This document shows, one piece after another, positions 52,601-64,000 of a stretch of 64,000 bases of DNA. Every line of letters starts with the position of its first letter. Position 1 is the first letter of the stretch. The notes under the pieces were generated by a model. It was not told the DNA's origin, did not search any database, and saw only the letters and a list, made by a program, of their open reading frames with translations. The position numbers and the translations under genes are program-made. Source of the stretch: Eledone cirrhosa (taxonomy: Eukaryota); contig OZ024742.1 of assembly GCA_964016885.1 (NCBI GenBank), positions 378,014,001-378,078,000 of the forward strand, in the 5' to 3' direction.

Positions 52601-55600
52601 CTAGTCTTCTGTAGAGATAGTTTAACAATTGACAGAAGAAGAAATATGTTCTAGTCTTCTGTAGAGATAGTTTAACAAGTAGCAGAAGTAAAAATGTGTT
52701 CTAGTCTTCTGTAGAGATAGTTTAACAAGCGACAGAAGTAGAAATATGTTCTATGTTCTAGTCTTGTGTAGAGATAGTTTAACACGTGACAGGAGTAGAA
52801 ATATGTTCTAGTCTTCTGTAGAGGTAGTTTAACAAGTGACACAAGTAGAAATATGTTCTATGTTCTAGTCTTCTGTCGAGATAGTTTAACAAGTGACAGA
52901 AGTAGAAATATGTTCTAGTCTTCTGTAGAGATAGTTTAACACGTGACAGGAGTAGAAATATGTTCTAGTCTTCTGTAGAGATAGTTTAACAAGTGACAGA
53001 TTTAGAAATATGTTCTAGTCTTCTGTAGAGATAGTTTAAAAAGGGACAGAAGAAGAAATATGTTCTAGTCTTCTGTAGAGATAGTTTAACAAGTAGCAGA
53101 AGTAAAAATATGTTCTAGTCTTCTGTAGAGATAGTTTAACAAGCGACAGAAGTAGAAATATGTTCTATGTTCTAGTCTTCTGTAGAGATAGTTTAACAAG
53201 TGACAGAAGCAGAAATATGTTCTAGTCTTCTGTAGAGATAGTTTAACAAGTGACAATAGTAGAAATATGTTCTAGTCTTCTGTAGAGATAGTTTAACAAG
53301 GGACAGAAGTAGAAATATGTTCTAGTCTTCTGTAGAGATTGTTTAACAAGTGACAGATGTAGAAATATGTTCTAGTCTTCTGTAGAGATAGTTTAACAAG
53401 TGACAGAATTAGTAATATGTTCTAGCCTTCTGTAGAGATAGTTTAACAAGTGACAGAAGTAAGAATATGTTCTAGTCTTCTGTAGAGGTAGTTTAACAAG
53501 TGACACAAGTAGAAATATGTTATATGTTCTAGTCTTCTGTAGAGATAGTTTAACAATTGACAGAAGTAGAAATATGTTCTAGTCTTCTGTAGAGATAGTT
53601 TAACAAGTGACAGAAGTAGAAATATGTTCTACTCTTCTGTAGAGGTAGTTTAACAAGTGACAGAAGTAGAAATATGTTCTAGTCTTCAGTAGAGATAGTT
53701 TAACAAGCGACAGAAGTAGAAATATGTTCTAGTCTTCTGTAGAGATAGTTTAACAAGTGACAGAAGTAGAAATATGTTCTTGTCTTCTGTAGAGGTAGTT
53801 TAACGAGTGACAGAAGTAGAAATATGTTCTAGTCTTCAGTAGATATAGTTTAACAAGCGACAGAAGTAGAAATATGTTCTAGTCTTCTGTAGAGATAGTT
53901 TAACAAGTGACAGATTTAGAAATATGTTCTAGTCTTCTGTAGAGATAGTTTAAAAAGGGACAGAAGAAGAAATATGTTCTAGTCTTCTGTAGAGATAGTT
54001 TAACAAGTAGCAGAAGTAAAAATATGTTCTAGTCTTCTGTAGAGATAGTTTAACAAGCGACAGAAGTAGAAATATGTTCTATGTTCTAGTCTTCTGTAGA
54101 GATAGTTTAACAAGTGACAGAAGCAGAAATATGTTCTAGTCTTCTGTAGAGATAGTTTAACAAGTGACAATAGTAGAAATATGTTCTAGTCTTCTGTAGA
54201 GATAGTTTAACAAGGGACAGAAGTAGAAATATGTTCTACTCTTCTGTAGAGGTAGTTTAACAAGTGACAGAAGTAAAAATATGTTCTAGTCTTCTGTAGA
54301 GGTAGTTTAACAAGTGACACAAGTAGAAATATGTTCTATGTTCTAGTCTTCTGTAGAGATAGTTTAACAATTGACAGAAGAAGAAATATGTTCTAGTCTT
54401 CTGTAGAGATAGTTTAACAAGTAGCAGAAGTAAAAATGTGTTCTAGTCTTCTGTAGAGATAGTTTAACAAGCGACAGAAGTAGAAATATGTTCTATGTTC
54501 TAGTCTTCTGTAGAGATTGTTTAACAAGTGACAGATGTAGAAATATGTTCTAGTCTTCTGTAGAGATAGTTTAACAAGTGACAGAATTAGTAATATGTTC
54601 TAGCCTTCTGTAGAGATAGTTTAACAAGTGACAGAAGTAAGAATATGTTCTAGTCTTCTGTAGAGGTAGTTTAACAAGTGACACAAGTAGAAATATGTTA
54701 TATGTTCTAGTCTTCTGTAGAGATAGTTTAACAATTGACAGAAGTAGAAATATGTTCTAGTCTTCTGTAGAGATAGTTTAACAAGTGACAGAAGTAGAAA
54801 TATGTTCTACTCTTCTGTAGAGGTAGTTTAACAAGTGACAGAAGTAGAAATATGTTCTAGTCTTCTGTAGAGATAGTTTAACATGTGCCAGAAGTAGAAA
54901 TATGTTCTAGTCTTCTGTAGAGATAGTTTAACAAGTGACAGAAGTAGAAATATGTTCTTGTCTTCTGTAGAGGTAGTTTAACGAGTGACAGAAGTAGAAA
55001 TATGTTCTAGTCCTCTGTAGAGATAGTTTAACAAGTGACAGAATTAGAAATATGTTCTACTCTTCTGTAGAGGTAGTTTAACAAGTGACAGAAGTAGAAA
55101 TATGTTCTTGTCTTCTGTAGAGGTAGTTTAACGAGTGACAGAAGTAGAAATATGTTCTAGTCTTCAGTAGAGATAGTTTAACAAGCGACAGAAGTAGAAA
55201 TATGTTCTAGTCTTCTGTAGAGATAGTTTAACAAGTGACAGATTTAGAAATATGTTCTAGTCTTCTGTAGAGATAGTTTAAAAAGGGACAGAAGAAGAAA
55301 TATGTTCTAGTCTTCTGTAGAGATAGTTTAACAAGTAGCAGAAGTAAAAATATGTTCTAGTCTTCTGTAGAGATAGTTTAACAAGCGACAGAAGTAGAAA
55401 TATGTTCTATGTTCTAGTCTTCTGTAGAGATAGTTTAACAAGTGACAGAAGCAGAAATATGTTCTAGTCTTCTGTAGAGATAGTTTAACAAGTGACAATA
55501 GTAGAAATATGTTCTAGTCTTCTGTAGAGATAGTTTAACAAGGGACAGAAGTAGAAATATGTTCTAGTCTTCTGTAGAGATTGTTTAACAAGTGACAGAT

Positions 55601-58600
55601 GTAGAAATATGTTCTAGTCTTCTGTAGAGATAGTTTAACAAGTGACAGAATTAGTAATATGTTCTAGCCTTCTGTAGAGATAGTTTAACAAGTGACAGAA
55701 GTAAAAATATGTTCTAGTCTTCTGTAGAGGTAGTTTAACAAGTGACACAAGTAGAAATATGTTCTATGTTCTAGTCTTCTGTAGAGATAGTTTAACAATT
55801 GACAGAAGTAGAAATATGTTCTAGTCTTCTGTAGAGATAGTTTAACAAGTGACAGAAGTAGAAATATGTTCTACTCTTCTGTAGAGGTAGTTTAACAAGT
55901 GACAGAAGTAAAAATATGTTCTAGTCTTCTGTAGAGGTAGTTTAACAAGTGACACAAGTAGAAATATGTTCTATGTTCTAGTCTTCTGTAGAGATAGTTT
56001 AACAATTGACAGAAGAAGAAATATGTTCTAGTCTTCTGTAGAGATAGTTTAACAAGTAGCAGAAGTAAAAATGTGTTCTAGTCTTCTGTAGAGATAGTTT
56101 AACAAGCGACAGAAGTAGAAATATGTTCTATGTTCTAGTCTTGTGTAGAGATAGTTTAACACGTGACAGGAGTAGAAATATGTTCTAGTCTTCTGTAGAG
56201 GTAGTTTAACAAGTGACACAAGTAGAAATATGTTCTATGTTCTAGTCTTCTGTCGAGATAGTTTAACAAGTGACAGAAGTAGAAATATGTTCTAGTCTTC
56301 TGTAGAGATAGTTTAACACGTGACAGGAGTAGAAATATGTTCTAGTCTTCTGTAGAGATAGTTTAACAAGTGACAGATTTAGAAATATGTTCTAGTCTTC
56401 TGTAGAGATAGTTTAAAAAGGGACAGAAGAAGAAATATGTTCTAGTCTTCTGTAGAGATAGTTTAACAAGTAGCAGAAGTAAAAATATGTTCTAGTCTTC
56501 TGTAGAGATAGTTTAACAAGCGACAGAAGTAGAAATATGTTCTATGTTCTAGTCTTCTGTAGAGATAGTTTAACAAGTGACAGAAGCAGAAATATGTTCT
56601 AGTCTTCTGTAGAGATAGTTTAACAAGTGACAATAGTAGAAATATGTTCTAGTCTTCTGTAGAGATAGTTTAACAAGGGACAGAAGTAGAAATATGTTCT
56701 AGTCTTCTGTAGAGATTGTTTAACAAGTGACAGATGTAGAAATATGTTCTAGTCTTCTGTAGAGATAGTTTAACAAGTGACAGAATTAGTAATATGTTCT
56801 AGCCTTCTGTAGAGATAGTTTAACAAGTGACAGAAGTAAGAATATGTTCTAGTCTTCTGTAGAGGTAGTTTAACAAGTGACACAAGTAGAAATATGTTAT
56901 ATGTTCTAGTCTTCTGTAGAGATAGTTTAACAATTGACAGAAGTAGAAATATGTTCTAGTCTTCTGTAGAGATAGTTTAACAAGTGACAGAAGTAGAAAT
57001 ATGTTCTACTCTTCTGTAGAGGTAGTTTAACAAGTGACAGAAGTAGAAATATGTTCTAGTCTTCAGTAGAGATAGTTTAACAAGCGACAGAAGTAGAAAT
57101 ATGTTCTAGTCTTCTGTAGAGATAGTTTAACAAGTGACAGAAGTAGAAATATGTTCTTGTCTTCTGTAGAGGTAGTTTAACGAGTGACAGAAGTAGAAAT
57201 ATGTTCTAGTCTTCAGTAGATATAGTTTAACAAGCGACAGAAGTAGAAATATGTTCTAGTCTTCTGTAGAGATAGTTTAACAAGTGACAGATTTAGAAAT
57301 ATGTTCTAGTCTTCTGTAGAGATAGTTTAAAAAGGGACAGAAGAAGAAATATGTTCTAGTCTTCTGTAGAGATAGTTTAACAAGTAGCAGAAGTAAAAAT
57401 ATGTTCTAGTCTTCTGTAGAGATAGTTTAACAAGCGACAGAAGTAGAAATATGTTCTATGTTCTAGTCATCTGTAGAGATAGTTTAACAAGTGACAGAAG
57501 CAGAAATATGTTCTAGTCTTCTGTAGAGATAGTTTAACAAGTGACAATAGTAGAAATATGTTCTAGTCTTCTGTAGAGATAGTTTAACAAGGGACAGAAG
57601 TAGAAATATGTTCTACTCTTCTGTAGAGGTAGTTTAACAAGTGACAGAAGTAAAAATATGTTCTAGTCTTCTGTAGAGGTAGTTTAACAAGTGACACAAG
57701 TAGAAATATGTTCTATGTTCTAGTCTTCTGTAGAGATAGTTTAACAATTGACAGAAGAAGAAATATGTTCTAGTCTTCTGTAGAGATAGTTTAACAAGTA
57801 GCAGAAGTAAAAATGTGTTCTAGTCTTCTGTAGAGATAGTTTAACAAGCGACAGAAGTAGAAATATGTTCTATGTTCTAGTCTTGTGTAGAGATAGTTTA
57901 ACACGTGACAGGAGTAGAAATATGTTCTAGTCTTCTGTAGAGGTAGTTTAACAAGTGACACAAGTAGAAATATGTTCTATGTTCTAGTCTTCTGTCGAGA
58001 TAGTTTAACAAGTGACAGAAGTAGAAATATGTTCTAGTCTTCTGTAGAGATAGTTTAACACGTGACAGGAGTAGAAATATGTTCTAGTCTTCTGTAGAGG
58101 TAGTTTAACAAGTGACACAAGTAGAAATATGTTCTATGTTCTAGTCTTCTGTAGAGATAGTTTCACATGTGACAGAAGTAGAAATATGTTCTAGTCTTCT
58201 GTAGAGATAGTTCAACACGTGACAAGAGTAGAATTATGTTCTAGTCTTCTGTAGAGATAGTTTAACAAGTGAGAGAAGTAGAAATATGTTCTTGTCTTCT
58301 GTAGAGGTAGTTTAACGAGTGACAGAAGTAGAAATATGTTCTAGTCCTCTGTAGAGATAGTTTAACAAGCGACAGAAGTTGAAATATGTTCTATGTTCTA
58401 GTCTTCTGTAGAGATAGTTTAACAAGTGACAGAAGTAGAAATATGTTCTAGTCTTCTGTAGAGATAGTTTAACAAGTGACAGAAGTAGAAATATGTTCTA
58501 CTCTTCTGTAGAGGTAGTTTAACAAGTGACAGAAGTAGAAATATGTTCTAGTCTTCTGTAGAGATAGTTTAACATGTGCCAGAAGTAGAAATATGTTCTA

Positions 58601-61600
58601 GTCTTCTGTAGAGATAGTTTAACAAGTGACAGAAGTAGAAATATGTTCTTGTCTTCTGTAGAGGTAGTTTAACGAGTGACAGAAGTAGAAATATGTTCTA
58701 GTCCTCTGTAGAGATAGTTTAACAAGTGACAGAATTAGAAATATGTTCTACTCTTCTGTAGAGGTAGTTTAACAAGTGACAGAAGTAGAAATATGTTCTT
58801 GTCTTCTGTAGAGGTAGTTTAACGAGTGACAGAAGTAGAAATATGTTCTAGTCTTCAGTAGAGATAGTTTAACAAGCGACAGAAGTAGAAATATGTTCTA
58901 GTCTTCTGTAGAGATAGTTTAACAAGTGACAGATTTAGAAATATGTTCTAGTCTTCTGTAGAGATAGTTTAAAAAGGGACAGAAGAAGAAATATGTTCTA
59001 GTCTTCTGTAGAGATAGTTTAACAAGTAGCAGAAGTAAAAATATGTTCTAGTCTTCTGTAGAGATAGTTTAACAAGCGACAGAAGTAGAAATATGTTCTA
59101 TGTTCTAGTCTTCTGTAGAGATAGTTTAACAAGTGACAGAAGCAGAAATATGTTCTAGTCTTCTGTAGAGATAGTTTAACAAGTGACAATAGTAGAAATA
59201 TGTTCTAGTCTTCTGTAGAGATAGTTTAACAAGGGACAGAAGTAGAAATATGTTCTAGTCTTCTGTAGAGATTGTTTAACAAGTGACAGATGTAGAAATA
59301 TGTTCTAGTCTTCTGTAGAGATAGTTTAACAAGTGACAGAATTAGTAATATGTTCTAGCCTTCTGTAGAGATAGTTTAACAAGTGACAGAAGTAAAAATA
59401 TGTTCTAGTCTTCTGTAGAGATAGTTTAACAAGTGACAGAAGTAGAAATATGTTCTACTCTTCTGTAGAGGTAGTTTAACAAGTGACAGAAGTAAAAATA
59501 TGTTCTAGTCTTCTGTAGAGGTAGTTTAACAAGTGACACAAGTAGAAATATGTTCTATGTTCTAGTCTTCTGTAGAGATAGTTTAACAATTGACAGAAGT
59601 AGAAATATGTTCTAGTCTTCTGTAGAGATAGTTTAACAAGTGACAGAAGTAGAAATATGTTCTACTCTTCTGTAGAGGTAGTTTAACAAGTGACAGAAGT
59701 AAAAATATGTTCTAGTCTTCTGTAGAGGTAGTTTAACAAGTGACACAAGTAGAAATATGTTCTATGTTCTAGTCTTCTGTAGAGATAGTTTAACAATTGA
59801 CAGAAGAAGAAATATGTTCTAGTCTTCTGTAGAGATAGTTTAACAAGTAGCAGAAGTAAAAATGTGTTCTAGTCTTCTGTAGAGATAGTTTAACAAGCGA
59901 CAGAAGTAGAAATATGTTCTATGTTCTAGTCTTGTGTAGAGATAGTTTAACACGTGACAGGAGTAGAAATATGTTCTAGTCTTCTGTAGAGGTAGTTTAA
60001 CAAGTGACACAAGTAGAAATATGTTCTATGTTCTAGTCTTCTGTCGAGATAGTTTAACAAGTGACAGAAGTAGAAATATGTTCTAGTCTTCTGTAGAGAT
60101 AGTTTAACACGTGACAGGAGTAGAAATATGTTCTAGTCTTCTGTAGAGATAGTTTAACAAGTGACAGATTTAGAAATATGTTCTAGTCTTCTGTAGAGAT
60201 AGTTTAAAAAGGGACAGAAGAAGAAATATGTTCTAGTCTTCTGTAGAGATAGTTTAACAAGTAGCAGAAGTAAAAATATGTTCTAGTCTTCTGTAGAGAT
60301 AGTTTAACAAGCGACAGAAGTAGAAATATGTTCTATGTTCTAGTCTTCTGTAGAGATAGTTTAACAAGTGACAGAAGCAGAAATATGTTCTAGTCTTCTG
60401 TAGAGATAGTTTAACAAGTGACAATAGTAGAAATATGTTCTAGTCTTCTGTAGAGATAGTTTAACAAGGGACAGAAGTAGAAATATGTTCTAGTCTTCTG
60501 TAGAGATTGTTTAACAAGTGACAGATGTAGAAATATGTTCTAGTCTTCTGTAGAGATAGTTTAACAAGTGACAGAATTAGTAATATGTTCTAGCCTTCTG
60601 TAGAGATAGTTTAACAAGTGACAGAAGTAAGAATATGTTCTAGTCTTCTGTAGAGGTAGTTTAACAAGTGACACAAGTAGAAATATGTTATATGTTCTAG
60701 TCTTCTGTAGAGATAGTTTAACAATTGACAGAAGTAGAAATATGTTCTAGTCTTCTGTAGAGATAGTTTAACAAGTGACAGAAGTAGAAATATGTTCTAC
60801 TCTTCTGTAGAGGTAGTTTAACAAGTGACAGAAGTAGAAATATGTTCTAGTCTTCAGTAGAGATAGTTTAACAAGCGACAGAAGTAGAAATATGTTCTTG
60901 TCTTCTGTAGAGGTAGTTTAACGAGTGACAGAAGTAGAAATATGTTCTAGTCTTCAGTAGATATAGTTTAACAAGCGACAGAAGTAGAAATATGTTCTAG
61001 TCTTCTGTAGAGATAGTTTAACAAGTGACAGATTTAGAAATATGTTCTAGTCTTCTGTAGAGATAGTTTAAAAAGGGACAGAAGAAGAAATATGTTCTAG
61101 TCTTCTGTAGAGATAGTTTAACAAGTAGCAGAAGTAAAAATATGTTCTAGTCTTCTGTAGAGATAGTTTAACAAGCGACAGAAGTAGAAATATGTTCTAT
61201 GTTCTAGTCTTCTGTAGAGATAGTTTAACAAGTGACAGAAGCAGAAATATGTTCTAGTCTTCTGTAGAGATAGTTTAACAAGTGACAATAGTAGAAATAT
61301 GTTCTAGTCTTCTGTAGAGATAGTTTAACAAGGGACAGAAGTAGAAATATGTTCTACTCTTCTGTAGAGGTAGTTTAACAAGTGACAGAAGTAAAAATAT
61401 GTTCTAGTCTTCTGTAGAGGTAGTTTAACAAGTGACACAAGTAGAAATATGTTCTATGTTCTAGTCTTCTGTAGAGATAGTTTAACAATTGACAGAAGAA
61501 GAAATATGTTCTAGTCTTCTGTAGAGATAGTTTAACAAGTAGCAGAAGTAAAAATGTGTTCTAGTCTTCTGTAGAGATAGTTTAACAAGCGACAGAAGTA

Positions 61601-64000
61601 GAAATATGTTCTATGTTCTAGTCTTGTGTAGAGATAGTTTAACACGTGACAGGAGTAGAAATATGTTCTAGTCTTCTGTAGAGGTAGTTTAACAAGTGAC
61701 ACAAGTAGAAATATGTTCTATGTTCTAGTCTTCTGTCGAGATAGTTTAACAAGTGACAGAAGTAGAAATATGTTCTAGTCTTCTGTAGAGATAGTTTAAC
61801 ACGTGACAGGAGTAGAAATATGTTCTAGTCTTCTGTAGAGGTAGTTTAACAAGTGACACAAGTAGAAATATGTTCTATGTTCTAGTCTTCTGTAGAGATA
61901 GTTTCACATGTGACAGAAGTAGAAATATGTTCTAGTCTTCTGTAGAGATAGTTCAACACGTGACAAGAGTAGAATTATGTTCTAGTCTTCTGTAGAGATA
62001 GTTTAACAAGTGAGAGAAGTAGAAATATGTTCTTGTCTTCTGTAGAGGTAGTTTAACGAGTGACAGAAGTAGAAATATGTTCTAGTCCTCTGTAGAGATA
62101 GTTTAACAAGCGACAGAAGTTGAAATATGTTCTATGTTCTAGTCTTCTGTAGAGATAGTTTAACAAGTGACAGAAGTAGAAATATGTTCTAGTCTTCTGT
62201 AGAGATAGTTTAACAAGTGACAGAAGTAGAAATATGTTCTAGTCTTCTGTAGAGATAGTTTAACAAGGGACAGAATTAGAAATATGTTCTAGTCTTCTGT
62301 AGAGATAGTTTAACAAGTGACAGAAGTAGAAATATGTTGTAGTCTTCTGTAGAGATAGTTTAACAAGTGACAGAAGTAGAAATATGCCATAGTCTTCTGT
62401 GGAGATAGTTTAACAAGTGACAGAAGTAGAAATATGTTCTTGTCTTCTGTAGAGGTAGTTTAACGAGTGACAGAAGTAGAAATATGTTCTAGTCTTCAGT
62501 AGAGATAGTTTAACAAGCGACAGAAGTAGAAATATGTTCTAGTCTTCTGTAGAGATAGTTTAACAAGTGACAGATTTAGAAATATGTTCTAGTCTTCTGT
62601 AGAGATAGTTTAAAAAGGGACAGAAGAAGAAATATGTTCTAGTCTTCTGTAGAGATAGTTTAACAAGTAGCAGAAGTAAAAATATGTTCTAGTCTTCTGT
62701 AGAGATAGTTTAACAAGCGACAGAAGTAGAAATATGTTCTATGTTCTAGTCTTCTGTAGAGATAGTTTAACAAGTGACAGAAGCAGAAATATGTTCTAGT
62801 CTTCTGTAGAGATAGTTTAACAAGTGACAATAGTAGAAATATGTTCTAGTCTTCTGTAGAGATAGTTTAACAAGGGACAGAAGTAGAAATATGTTCTAGT
62901 CTTCTGTAGAGATTGTTTAACAAGTGACAGATGTAGAAATATGTTCTAGTCTTCTGTAGAGATAGTTTAACAAGTGACAGAATTAGTAATATGTTCTAGC
63001 CTTCTGTAGAGATAGTTTAACAAGTGACAGAAGTAAGAATATGTTCTAGTCTTCTGTAGAGGTAGTTTAACAAGTGACACAAGTAGAAATATGTTATATG
63101 TTCTAGTCTTCTGTAGAGATAGTTTAACAATTGACAGAAGTAGAAATATGTTCTAGTCTTCTGTAGAGATAGTTTAACAAGTGACAGAAGTAGAAATATG
63201 TTCTACTCTTCTGTAGAGGTAGTTTAACAAGTGACAGAAGTAGAAATATGTTCTAGTCTTCAGTAGAGATAGTTTAACAAGCGACAGAAGTAGAAATATG
63301 TTCTAGTCTTCTGTAGAGATAGTTTAACAAGTGACAGAAGTAGAAATATGTTCTTGTCTTCTATAGAGGTAGTTTAACGAGTGACAGAAGTAGAAATATG
63401 TTCTAGTCTTCAGTAGAGATAGTTTAACAAGCGACAGAAGTAGAAATATGTTCTAGTCTTCTGTAGAGATAGTTTAACAAGTGACAGATTTAGAAATATG
63501 TTCTAGTCTTCTGTAGAGATAGTTTAAAAAGGGACAGAAGAAGAAATATGTTCTAGTCTTCTGTAGAGATAGTTTAACAAGTAGCAGAAGTAAAAATATG
63601 TTCTAGACTTCTGTAGAGATAGTTTAACAAGCGACAGAAGTAGAAATATGTTCTATGTTCTAGTCTTCTGTAGAGATAGTTTAACAAGTGACAGAAGCAG
63701 AAATATGTTCTAGTCTTCTGTAGAGATAGTTTAACAAGTGACAATAGTAGAAATATGTTCTAGTCTTCTGTAGAGATAGTTTAACAAGGGACAGATGTAG
63801 AAATATGTTCTAGTCTTCTGTAGAGATTGTTTAACAAGTGACAGATGTAGAAATATGTTCTAGTCTTCTGTAGAGATAGTTTAACAAGTGACAGAATTAG
63901 TAATATGTTCTAGCCTTCTGTAGAGATAGTTTAACAAGTGACAGAAGTAAGAATATGTTCTAGTCTTCTGTAGAGGTAGTTTAACAAGTGACACAAGTAG
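49650..64000. repeat. Distal sub-domain of short, shuffled higher-order units (~2049 bp, and ~3.7 kb at 54750-62230), rich in 57-mers
   Basis: TTATATGTTC occurs at 51471, 53520, 54698, 56897, 60688 and 63094. ACATGTGCC occurs at 54881/58572 (offset 3691) and GAGAGAAG at 58271/62012 (offset 3741). Confidence 0.85.

Larger units (their letters stand above)
1..64000. repeat. 50-bp tandem satellite DNA array (~1,262 monomers; ~10% are 57-bp variants), runs off both window ends
   Basis: The consensus TGTAGAGATAGTTTAACAAGTGACAGAAGTAGAAATATGTTCTAGTCTTC (e.g. 151-200) recurs head-to-tail from base 1 to 64000, usually with only a few substitutions per copy. The last monomer starts at 63969, and 63968 = 1262x50 + 124x7, which agrees with my tally of 7-bp insertions. 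Confidence 0.99.

Noticed and set aside
1-64000. CRISPR array (31-bp palindromic repeat plus 19-bp variable 'spacer')
   Set aside because: The linkers are all point variants of one sequence rather than unique spacers, the palindromic part also varies, and no cas genes or leader are present in the window.
1-64000. Repetitive protein-coding ORF
   Set aside because: The plus-strand consensus has stops at monomer positions 3, 9, 14, 21, 30 and 43, covering all three frames. The minus strand has TAA and TAG in each monomer, and the 50-bp period rotates frames, so no long ORF is possible.
1-64000. Telomerase-type telomeric repeat, CENP-B box, or tRNA/5S tandem genes
   Set aside because: There is no short G-rich telomeric unit, no TTCG....A..CGGG motif, and no cloverleaf, A/B boxes or 5S similarity recognisable in a 50-bp unit.
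1-64000. Transposon insertions or strand inversions within the array
   Set aside because: None was seen. Monomer phase is fully accounted for by 50n+7k from start to end.

Overview
All 64 kb is one uninterrupted head-to-tail satellite DNA array in a single orientation. The consensus monomer is 50 bp and 32% GC: TGTAGAGATAGTTTAACAAGTGACAGAAGTAGAAATATGTTCTAGTCTTC. Phase arithmetic plus hand counting gives about 1,262 full monomers, of which about 124 (~10%) are 57-bp variants carrying a 7-bp tandem duplication (TATGTTC/ATGTTCT). I saw no other indel class. I found no genes, RNA genes, CRISPR spacers, transposon insertions or inversions; the consensus has stop codons in all three plus-strand frames of each monomer. 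The informative structure lies in the order of SNP-defined monomer variants, which shows nested, recent tandem block duplications (higher-order repeats) whose period changes along the array: 4021 bp, 2171/2971 bp, 957/2085 bp nested in or next to 9076 bp, 4299/4249/3485 bp, and a distal domain of ~2.0 and ~3.7 kb units amplified from one cassette. Each monomer carries a 31-bp imperfect inverted repeat and an E-box-like CANNTG hexamer whose common variants match RTCACRTG. The picture fits a eukaryotic centromeric, pericentromeric or subtelomeric satellite, but organism, location and function cannot be determined from sequence alone. Block boundaries were read by eye and are accurate to about one monomer.
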